This document shows, piece by piece, positions 1 to 10,150 of a stretch of 64,000 bases of DNA. The position numbers and the translations under genes are program-made. Origin of the DNA: Amphiscolops sp. MND2022 (Eukaryota); contig OZ076421.1 of the NCBI GenBank assembly GCA_964187785.1, positions 49,414,001 through 49,478,000 of the forward strand. The letters are read 5' to 3'. The notes under the pieces are model-generated. The model ran no database searches. It was not told the origin of the DNA and was given only the letters and a program-made list of their open reading frames with translations. Numbering within the stretch: the first letter of the stretch is position 1; every line of letters begins with the position of its first letter.

Positions 1-422
1 CCATTTTAAGCACCCTTAATTACCATAGGTGTCAATAACAAAACCCGCCAAAATGGGAAAAATTGATTTCTCTTCACGACCAAAGCATTCATCAAAACCA
101 AATTTGCCTGAACATTTGCTTTTAATTGATTTTGTTCAAACTTATCCAGTTTTCGTTCAGCTTTTTTCCAACCAGTTCAAATTTTATTAATTCCGCAATC
201 AACTGAAAAAAATTCAATCGAACTTTTATCATTTTCAATCAAAAAAATACACAAGTTTCCAATAATCTTGAGGTTCTAATTAGCAGTATTGAATAATACG
301 TTGCTACCTTGAATTTACATAAATGAACATCAAATTCACTTAGCCAGTTGACACAATTTGATTTCAATTGATTATCATTTATCTCCGCAATACAACCAAT
401 TTAACCCAATTGACTAATAATT

Positions 423-635
423 ATGAAAGACTTCAAATCAACTTCAAATTGCTCCAAAAGATTTCACCCTTACCCGAACAAAGGAGACTCCAATTTTGAT
501 TATAATAATCCTTCGGTCGCTTTTTATAACAGCAGTTCTCCTAGTAATGACATGAAATCTATTTTCATGGAAAATCAGCAACACCTAAGAGGAGTGAAAT
601 CGGAAAATGTCGCAACTTATCATTTCGACGCTGAG
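423..635 (+). CDS. Fer2: Probable first coding exon of the Fer2-like bHLH gene (MKDFKS...HFDAE)
   Basis: ATG at 423, 71 open codons ending GAG|GTAAAA (phase 0), matching the phase-0 acceptor at 7919; contains KRFHPY, a PY-NLS-like motif. Linkage to the bHLH exon is inferred and intervening exons are possible. Confidence 0.45.
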
Positions 636-2937
636 GTAAAAAGAACTTTCAGTAGCAATTTTTTGATAGACTTTTGCTTTTTATTCGGATGATCAGTTCT
701 CGTCATTATACTAAAGAGTAGAACTTAGTGAAAAAAAGTGAATGCAATTTAAAGTTCATTTTAATCGCATCTCTGAATTTTAATTTTAATTCATCTGGAA
801 CTATATCGCTTCGACTTAAATTGTACCGCCATAATTAAAATAATTTTCACATTAAGATTTTTTTACAAGCTAATCATATTTGGAATAATTGTGAAAAATG
901 TTTCCATTTTTCATTGTTGTCGAAAATAGTCAAATTTGAGCAAAATTGAATCGTCAAACTGAAAGAATCTTCTTTGAAATTCATCATCAGATAGACTTTT
1001 TACGGAACTTTAAATTGAGAGGTGAGTATAACATAATGAATATTCATCTACGAACTCATAACTTAACATAACTTCGTTTCTAACTTGACAGTCTTTTCTA
1101 TAGTAATCTTTTGGTTGATTTTATAACTAAAATATTCTTAACTGTATTATAACTTGAGGTACTTCAAATTAGAATTTCAACATGAATCATAACATTAACA
1201 AGTGCTATCAATACTGACATGGATACAGACACGCTATAGATATAAAAAGTCCAAAAATGAATTCCCTTACAAGTTATTTAACAATTTATTCCTCTCCATT
1301 TCGGTCAGCTTTGATAATTACGTTTGAAAATCTGTTCCCCGCATAACTTGTCATTTTTGAGTTCTTAAAAATCACTATAATTAGTATATTCAACTCCTCT
1401 TTTATAAATCCTTGAAAATATACAAAATTTTATTATTTATTGGAAAACATATAAAACAGAAAGATTTCATTTTAATTTTTCTTTTCTACAACAATTTCAA
1501 AAATGATTGGAGAGAATGTGAAATAATCTCAAAGCCAAGAGTACGAAAAATAATTTTACATCTTGATTTTTAAAATTGGAACGATTAACGATTATCGATA
1601 AAATTCCATTGAAAAAATCAACAAATTTCGCACTAAAATTCGCATGAATTCTGAGGCATGAAATACTCATGAAAACATAAAATGCAACCTTCAACTGAGT
1701 AATAATTTCCCATTGGCTCGCATGTAGTTCTTAGTTGATGTCGACACGAAAATCAATCACAGAACTTGGTTTTGAAAAATGTTAATTTCCCTCCAATAAT
1801 AAACAATATCCGGTATAATCCCCTTGGAACTCCTGAAGTCAATTGTCCTAAGGAGGAGTTGCTTTCAGGAAAGATAAAAGAGAACCCCCCATTTTAAAGC
1901 AATGTTACCCTCTTTTCCCGGAAAATAAGGAAATGATTCAAATGGTTCAAATCACCGATGTTTTATTTGAAAAAATAAACAGCAAAAAGACCACGAAATA
2001 GGTGAATTTGTAACAGACAGAAGGAAGTTTGTTTTTGGTAATTACGCTTCAAGCATTTTAGAAACGGTTAGGAAGTTCCAAAAAAGTCTTCCATGCAGAG
2101 TCTATGAATTTTCCATGTTTCATTAAAACTCTGCCTGCATGCATGAATGCAGCATGGAAAACGTGCCGGCAGATCGGACTAGGGAAGACGAGAAGGTAAA
2201 AATGAAAAGCAAAGGTTTGAATGGGTTTCCTGCTGTTGCTTTTCCAGAGGATTTTTCCCATTTCGTTGTCACCATTTTTGGATTTAAGGGTTCGTCTTTC
2301 GGAATTTGTTGAATGGTATCCTATGTTGTTGGAAGATTATGAATGAATCATGAGTAAAAACCAAAGATGATCATTTTATGGCCAGAATTTCTGCAATGAA
2401 CAAGCCAAATTATTGCATGGAACCTGGACTATTGTAAAAAAAAATCCAAGATAATAAATCCTAATCCATGAACAAGTCATGACAGAAAACCTGGAACTGC
2501 TTTTGACGAAGTGTTTTTGCTCAGCGGCTTTTATGAGAAAATGCGCCTGACTTTAACTGATTATTTTCTTTTTCGTAACACCACAGAATGTACGCGAATG
2601 GTCCACTTTTTAACATTTTTTCGGGCTGCCAGTAGCTATCTCGAGCACTTCCTAAGTAGACAGCGTCGATTCGATGCCTGCCGAGGCAATTCTTTACGCG
2701 TTGATGGGGGGGGGGGGGTGGGTTCCAACCCCTGTTTTTTGGCACTGTGCAACTTTTTGACAGAAAAAAATTGATTAGTTCATTTTTTCAAAGATTAGTA
2801 ACACTAGTAGAGACTGCTAAAACGTTTTATATGCTGCAGCACTGCATGCAGGGTAATTCTTTAGAACGTAAAAAAATTCAGTAAAATTACATTTATATAT
2901 CCACTAACAGGAAATAAACTTTAAAATAAATCCCATT

Positions 2938-3165
2938 TCGTTGCCGACACGACACTGTCAAATTGTTTTTTATCTTAGTTTTTTTCAACTACTCGTCTCT
3001 TAAGTAATGTAATCATTACTGTAATCATCGCTTCTCGAATAGCACTCTGAATATGACGTTGATGGGTTGTTTATTACGTAACCGAAGTTGTTACGCACAG
3101 AATAACAGCAAACTTGAAGACTTCTAAGCTGCATTTGAAAAAAGAACTGATGCATACTGAATTCT
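2938..3165 (+). repeat. Diverged interspersed repeat, related copy at about 12510-12715
   Basis: Colinear shared words in both places: GTTGCCG(A/G)CAC, CAACTACTC, GTTACG, AAGACTT, AGAACTGATGCATA. No formal alignment done. Confidence 0.35.
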
Positions 3166-3209
3166 GCAAAACTTCACACTGAAGTTAGCGCCAAATGTTG
3201 AATGAAAAT

Positions 3210-3280
3210 TTATACCGAGCTTGTGACGAGCCACTGGCAACAAACGTGCACTACGGGGGTGTCGACAAAGCTCGGTATAA
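3210..3280. other. 71-bp inverted repeat (hairpin)
   Basis: TTATACCGAGCTT (3210-3222) is the exact reverse complement of AAGCTCGGTATAA (3268-3280), with imperfect extension GTGAC/GTCGAC. Confidence 0.8.
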
Positions 3281-3288
3281 GTCCTATT

Positions 3289-6200
3289 TTACATGGAAGC
3301 GATAGTCCATAGGAAATTACGCCATAGAGGAAATTAGGAACCCAAGGACACGCGTAGGGGAAGCGCAGGCCTCGTATGAAGCAACCCCAATTGTTAATAA
3401 ATTACTACATGTTGACCCTACCCTTATGAATCTAGCTGTTCAAAGTTAAATAAAAGTTATTCTAATCATTCCACCGCGCGACGAGTATTGTTTGTTCGAG
3501 TACGGGCCTGGTGGAGGAGAGACAATTGACTTTGGCTTGTAATATCTCAAATATTCAGCAATAACAAAGATAGTAGATTTCTAACGGAAACGGTACCGTG
3601 TCTGTAACTCATACGGCGGGTAACCGCCTTAAGCAAACAAACGCTAATGACGTAACTCGGAGACACTAGGACCCGCCTTATAGTAGATTTAGTTGACACC
3701 GTAAAGCTTCAAGGACACAGGCTGACCTCAATGTCATCTCAAAGAACGACATCTGGAGATATTGAAAATGTAACAAACGACAAGTGGATCAGCATCATTT
3801 GCGTGATAAGTTTTGCATTTCAATCACTCCAGAAGATTTGCGGTGGACCGCATTCATAATAATGGAGCAATGCATCTCGCCTACATGAAGAGAAATCATG
3901 AGACGCGTAGAGGAATATTTTTGAGTGATCGTCACTACTTTGGAAAAACCTTGAAGCACTTGGAATGTCATGCAATGAGAAATTGAGACAAGTCGTTGAT
4001 CTATATATCGTTCGAAGCAAAGACGTTTTAGTCGAAGTATAGGTAGGTTCAATAGAGGTGTTCGTGGTTCCATGTGAAGATATGTAAATTTAAAGTAAAT
4101 GCATTCAATCTTAAGGTGTTCGTGGTTCCATGTGAAGATATGTAAATTTAAAGTAACCGCATTCAATCTTACGGTGCCGTCGCCAAATTTAATTGTCAAG
4201 TATGAAAGAATGTGAAGGTGAGATCACTAAAAAGAAATGAGATGAGTAAACGTATTTGAGACGAAACTGAAAGTTACTGTAATAGACACATCTGAGTTAG
4301 AGAGCTAGACGCAAGTTGGCCCTCCATACGGGGCAAAGAACTTGGCTGCTTCAAAAGACCTGGTTCGTCGGCAGCTAGAGGTAACAATCATGCTAGGCGG
4401 TCGACTTAATCGTGAATTTTTGTTAGTGATTACATTTGAAGACCAAAATTTGTTTTTCTTCCCTTAACAGCACTTCAATTGTTACTTCTATTTGCTTGGA
4501 CAATTCAATGGAGCCAAAAGAGCACACATTAGAAAAATTTTTTGCAGTTCTGTCTGTGGAAAAGAACCTTACTCATCATTTCTTTTTTGGCAACCGTTTT
4601 CGGTTAGAAATAGGTTTTGGCAACTTCTCTCCGCCCTCGAAATCTTCTTCCAATATTTCAAGCAGCTTGATAAAAGTCGATTGCAAGAGGGATGTATTAT
4701 TGCATGAAAAGGTTCGTAGGAATTCTGGAAAACTATTAAGTTGCAGGCAATTTTAAAGAAGATGTGAAAATATTCAAGTAATGTCAACAAGGGATTGTTT
4801 GCTTCTAACTTTCAATAATTGATACTTTTTTCGATTTTACAATGATGAAAAATGTCTCCTCTTACATGGAAGCGATAGTCCATAGGAAATTACGCCATAG
4901 AGGAAATTAGGAACCCAAGGACACGCGTAGGGGAAGCGCAGGCCTCGTATGAAGCAACCCCATTTGTTAATAAATTACTACATGTTGACCCTACCCTTAT
5001 GAATCTAGCTGTTCAAAGTTAAATAAAAGTTATTCTAATCATTCCACCGCGCGACGAGTATTGTTTGTTCGAGTACGGGCCTGGTGGAGGAGAGACAATT
5101 GACTTTGGCTTGTAATATCTCAAATATTCAGCAATAACAAAGATACTAGATTTCTAACGGAAACGGTACCGTGTCTGTAACTCATACGGCGGGTAACCGC
5201 CTTAAGCAAACAAACGCTAATGACGTAACTCGGAGACACTAGGACCCGCCTTATAGTAGATTTAGTTGACACCGTAAAGCTTCAAGGACACAGGCTGACC
5301 TCAATGTCATCTCAAAGAACGACATCTGGAGATATTGAAAATGTAACAAACGACAAGTGGATCAGCATCAATCTTAAGGTGCCGTCGCCAAATTTAATTG
5401 TCAAGTATGAAAGAATGTGGAGGTGAGATCACTAAAAAAAGAGATGAGAAAACGTATGTGAGACGAAACTGAAAGTTACTGTAATAGACACATCTGAGTT
5501 AGAGAGCTAGACGCAAGTTGGCCCTCCATACGGGGCAAAGAACTTGGCTTCTTCAAAAGACCTGGTTCGTCGGCAGCTAGAGGTAACAATCATGCTAGGC
5601 GGTCGACTTAATCGTGAATTTTTGTCAGTGATTACATTTGAAGACCAAAATTTGTTTTTCTTCCCTTAACAGCACTTCAATTGTTACTTCTATTTGCTTG
5701 GACAATTCAATGGAGCCAAAAGAGCACACATTAGAAAAATTTCTTGCAGTTCTGTCTGTGGAAAAGAACCTTACTCATCATTTCTTTTTTGGCAACCGTT
5801 TTCGGTTAGAAATAGGTTTTGGCAACTTCTCTCCGCCCTCGAAATCTTCTTCCAATATTTCAAGCAGCTTGATAAAAGTCGATTGCAAGAGGGATGTATT
5901 ATTGCATGAAAAGGTTCGTAGGAATTCTGGAAAACTATTAAGTTGCAGGCAATTTTAAAGAAGATGTGAAAATATTCAAGTAATGTCAACAAGGGATTGT
6001 TTGCTTCTAACTTTCAATAATTGATACTTTTTTCGATTTTACAATGATGAAAAATGTCTCCTCTTACATGGAAGCGATAGTCCATAGGAAATTACGCCAT
6101 AGAGGAAATTAGGAACCCAAGGACACGCGTAGGGGAAGCGCAGGCCTCGTATGAAGCAACCCCAATTGTTAATAAATTACTACATGTTGACCCTACCCTT

Positions 6201-7269
6201 ATGAATCTAGCTGTTCAAAGTTAAATAAAAGTTATTCTAATCATTCCACCGCGCGACGAGTATTGTTTGTTCGAGTACGGGCCTGGTGGAGGAGAGACAA
6301 TTAACTTTGGCTTGTAATATCTCAAATATTCAGCAATAACAAAGATAGTAGATTTCTAACGGAAACGGTACCGTGTCTGTAACTCATACGGCGGGTAACC
6401 GCCTTAAGCAAACAAACGCTAATGACGTAACTCGGAGACACTAGGACCCGCCTTATAGTAGATTTAGTTGACACCGTAAAGCTTCAAGGACACAGGCTGA
6501 CCTCAATGTCATCTCAAAGAACGACATCTGGAGATATTGAAAATGTAACAAACGACAAGTGGATCAGCATGAATCTTAAGGTGCCGTCGCCAAATTTAAT
6601 TGTCAAGTATGAAAGAATGTGAAGGTGAGATCACTAAAAAAAAGAGATGAGAAAACGTATGTGAGACGAAACTGAAAGTTATTGTAATAGACACATCTGA
6701 GTTAGAGAGCTAGACGCAAGTTGGCCCTCCATACGGGGCAAAGAACTTGGCTTCTTCAAAAGACCTGGTTCGTCGGCAGCTAGAGGTAACAATCATGCTA
6801 GGCGGTCGACTTAATCGTGAATTTTTGTTAGTGATTACATTTGAAGACCAAAATTTGTTTTTCTTCCCTTAACAGCACTTCAATTGTTACTTCTATTTGC
6901 TTGGACAATTCAATGGAGCCAAAAGAGCACACATTAGAAAAATTTCTTGCAGTTCTGACTGTGGAAAAGAACCATACTCATCATTTCTTTTTTGGCAACC
7001 GTTTTCGGTTAGAAATAGGTTTTGGCAACTTCTCTCCGCCCTCGAAATCTTCTTCCAATATTTCAAGCAGCTTGATAAAAGTCGATTCCAAGAGGGATGT
7101 ATTATTGCATGAAAAGGTTCGTAGGAATTCTGGAAAACTATTAAGTTGCAGGCAATTTTAAAGAAGATGTGAAAATATTCAAGTAATGTCAACAAGGGAT
7201 TGTTTGCTTCTAACTTTCAATAATTGATACTTTTTTCGATTTTACAATGATGAAAAATGTCTCCTCTTA
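3289..7269. repeat. Tandem array of three ~1.2 kb units (3289-4861, 4862-6063, 6064-7269)
   Basis: Each unit starts TTACATGGAAGCGATAG and ends AAAATGTCTCCTC; the same 106-aa ORF recurs at 4436, 5638, 6841. Unit 1 is about 370 bp longer and contains a 58-bp internal duplication (4056-4171). Confidence 0.97.
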
Positions 7270-7284
7270 TTTTCATATGATTAA

Positions 7285-7915
7285 TGATATTTCTTTCAAG
7301 CTTTCATTGATCAATAAGGTTTTTCTCAATTGTTCAATAAAAATTATTATTTCCGTAAAATCTTTAAAGGTTTCCTCAAACCTTCCATTATAATATATGT
7401 TTCCTCCCTATTCTTAATCATCAATGTTGCTTCTTTCAAACTTTCAAAGATCATTTGATATTTTCTTCAAACCTGCCATACTAATTTATGTTTCCTTCAA
7501 GTTTTCAATAATCGACAATGTTTCTCTCAAACTTCCAATGACCATTAAAGTTTACTTCAACCTTTAAGTGATCATCAATGTTTCTTGCAAACTTTTAATG
7601 ACCAATAAAGTTCCCTTCAAATTTTCAATAACTAAGTGTTTCCTTCAAACTTTCAATGATAATTAATGTTTCTCTCAAACTTTCAATGATCATCAATGTG
7701 TTTCTTACAAACTTTCAATGAATATCAATCTCAAATTTTCCTTCAAACTTTCAGTGATCATTGTTTCTTACAACCTTTCATTGAAAATCAATCTTTCTTT
7801 CAAACTTCCAATGACAATCAATCTTTCCTTCAAACTTTCAATGAATATCAATCTTTTCCACAAACTTTCAATGATAACCAATGTTTCCTTCAAACTTTCA
7901 GTGATAACCAATATT
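7285..7915. repeat. Degenerate ~30-bp minisatellite (consensus about TTTCCTTCAAACTTTCAATGATAACCAATG)
   Basis: About 20 imperfect copies; produces the 10-aa periodicity seen in ORFs 7696-7935 and 7718-8128. Confidence 0.92.
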
Positions 7916-7919
7916 TCAG

Positions 7920-8123
7920 TGTGGAGGCGGAGTAGGAGTGGGGGGAGTGGGGGGTTATTACGAGCCGCGAGTGGTGGCCAATGTGCGGGAGAGGAAGAGG
8001 ATGCTGAGCATCAACTCCGCCTTCGAGGAACTCCGTCTACACATCCCCACCTTCCCCTACGAGCGGAGACTCTCCAAGATAGACACTCTGCGACTGGCCA
8101 TCGCTTACATTGGGTTACTACAG
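7920..8123 (+). CDS. Fer2: bHLH exon of a Fer2 / 48-related-2 type (PTF family) transcription factor
   Basis: TTTCAG acceptor at 7919, CAG|GTTAAT donor at 8123; translation [58 protein letters not shown] and [13 protein letters not shown] fit Fer2 better than Ptf1a (RMQSINDAF, TLPYE) or Fer3/Nato3 (RMFNLNEAF). Confidence 0.92.
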
Positions 8124-8258
8124 GTTAATATCTAATATAATACAGTAGTTATTATTTAAAACTAACCAGTATTTGTGAAAAGTTGTTTCAGGTAGCTAAT
8201 AATACGTTGCATTGAAAAATTTCTTTTGCTTATACCGGATTACTACAGGTTAGCAAAG

Positions 8259-8800
8259 ACAAGACCCGGTTAAGCACCGACAAAATTTCCGCCCACAAAA
8301 GAGGCGTATAGAAGAGGCATACTGGAGATTGTATAGAATTCATTGATCTTTGTTGTCTAGCCAGAAACGTTCTAAATGGAATAAAATTCGCAGTTTTTCA
8401 CCGTGAAAACTGTATTTCCTTATTAGATGTAAATTGAGGAAAATTTACGTTTTGATCCTGACATTTTGAAACGATTGATCATTTGAAACGGGGTTGAAGT
8501 CAAAAGACATCCATGGATTCAGTAGATTCGTAGGAGTTAATCGAGTACAACATTTGCCGAATGCTGTCAAAATTTGGAAAAACGGCAGAAAATCCCACGT
8601 CTGCTCGAAATCAGCTACTTGTTTTTTTTACAATTTTTGTCTCAAAAATGTTGAAAACATACCAATGTAAACTAGAAGAAGTTCTAAGAAACTCTTATTC
8701 ATGTTTTTTGAGATTTTCAACAAATTTTGAGAGAATAGAGCCTAAATTCACCCGGGGAACGTTTCTTAATCACAGCACTGTACTTCCAATGTAAACTCTT
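8259..8800 (-). mobile_element. Interspersed repeat with hairpin + CTTGT terminus (Helitron-like?); far boundary approximate
   Basis: Minus strand ends TCGGTGCTTAACCGGGTCTTGT (short CGGT/ACCG stem then CTTGT), the same terminal style as 13150 and 17427. Confidence 0.3.
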
Positions 8801-9789
8801 ACGCATCATTTTGTTCTGCTCGCTAATAATGTTTTAACTTGAAATCTCTGGCCAGTTATATAATAAAAATTATAATCATTATGTTATTACTTGCTCAAGA
8901 ATCATCATTTTGCATGTCAATTGATATTTGATTGTCGCATGATCTCAAATATGTAAGTTATTCTTTTCGATCAAGATGTTGCGGGTTTGATTCTGTTACT
9001 AAAACACCAAAGCCCAATGTTTTTATCATTAGCCGCCAACCAATTGATTTTCGGACAGCTTAAATTCGGTACTGAGAAAAACGTTTGATACAGTTTTTGT
9101 AAATTCGACTATTGCTTTTCGTAGGGTAGCATTTCCATAAAATAACAATTCAAGAGTGTTTTTGACTGTTCCCAAGTAAACACCATGTTGTGAACAAAAT
9201 CTATCGAACTCAGTCTGCTTGAGGCTTGTTTACAAAAAACCAGTAATTTCAGTTCAGTCATTCTTTTTTCTTCACAGCGTCAACGCTATCAAACTTTCAT
9301 AAAAATTTGTGAACAAAATGGCCAACTTACTCATCCCACGTGGACTGATTTTACGAATCCTACAACTTGAGGAAAATCGAAATGTTTCAAATCAAGACGT
9401 CTTTCATCCAGTCAATGTAGCCTAAACTTGATTCTTCTACAATCATATGTTATGCTAGTCAAGGATTTTTGCTGCAAGATTCATCATTTCAGAACTGATC
9501 ATTCGACTGATTTGTTAATGCGTTGAACAATTCAAAATTTGGGTTAGAACATGAAATTTTACAAATCGAGTAAATTTTGATACAACTCGAATATTTGATA
9601 GTTTGAGCTTTTAGTATTAGTCCTATTATTGTGTGGTTATCACTTTTTAAACTTAGTTCATTCATCTTTTGAAAAAAATAATTTTGTACACTTTCAATCC
9701 TATCCTGAGCTTTTAAATTGGTATGTCAAAAATGTAGTCATTTTCAACTTCGATTTCATTCAAAAGTTGCTAATGCAAATCTGTTTCAG

Positions 9790-9901
9790 GCCATTTTGGA
9801 TTCGGGAAAAACGCCGAAGGAGTTCATAGCGGGGATCAAGCAACCAACTAACGGAGAAAATGTTGGAACTTGTCTGGGAAACGAACCTTGGAACACAAGT
9901 G
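9790..9901 (+). CDS. Fer2: Post-bHLH exon of Fer2-like gene (AILDSGKTPKEF...EPWNTS)
   Basis: TTTCAG|GCC acceptor (phase 0, matching previous donor), G|GTGAGT donor (phase 1); ends in WNTS, the start of the Fer2 C-terminal WNTSDL motif. Confidence 0.9.
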
Positions 9902-10112
9902 GTGAGTGTCTTTACTAACAATCACGCCAGTTGAAACTTCAATTTTCCAAAAATGCTAAACTGATTCTCAATTCCGAGATTCAAATTTTCTTCTTTTTGG
10001 TGCAAAAACTCGGAAATCTAACTATGAAAATGATTTCAAGTTTTTTCTTCAAGTTGGACAAAAAACCTCGAAGTATGAACAGATTTTGTACAAGGGTTAA
10101 CATGTGTTTCAG

Positions 10113-10150
10113 ATCTGACGTCACGACTGGACTGGGTTTCTTGGGACTGA
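10113..10150 (+). CDS. Fer2: Terminal coding exon of Fer2-like gene (DLTSRLDWVSWD*)
   Basis: TTTCAG|AT completes GAT; the joined sequence WNTSDLTSRLDWVSW matches the Fer2-family WNTSDLTARLSW motif; TGA at 10148-10150. Confidence 0.88.

Noticed and set aside
991-2195. Possible extra Fer2 exons (991-1021 ending G|GTGAGT; about 2150-2195 ending AAG|GTAAAA)
   Set aside because: Splice signals are plausible but I could not assemble a phase-consistent chain and there is no recognisable protein similarity.
3027-3037. ATCGCTTCTCG, identical to the first 11 nt of U2 snRNA
   Set aside because: The match stops there; no branch-recognition sequence or Sm site follows.
4436-7195. Recurrent 106/71/73-aa ORFs as protein genes
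   Set aside because: They recur only because the DNA is triplicated; overlapping frames, non-ATG starts and no motifs.
7696-8128. ORFs with 10-aa repeats fused to the bHLH region
   Set aside because: By-product of the 30-bp minisatellite; both are out of frame with the bHLH.
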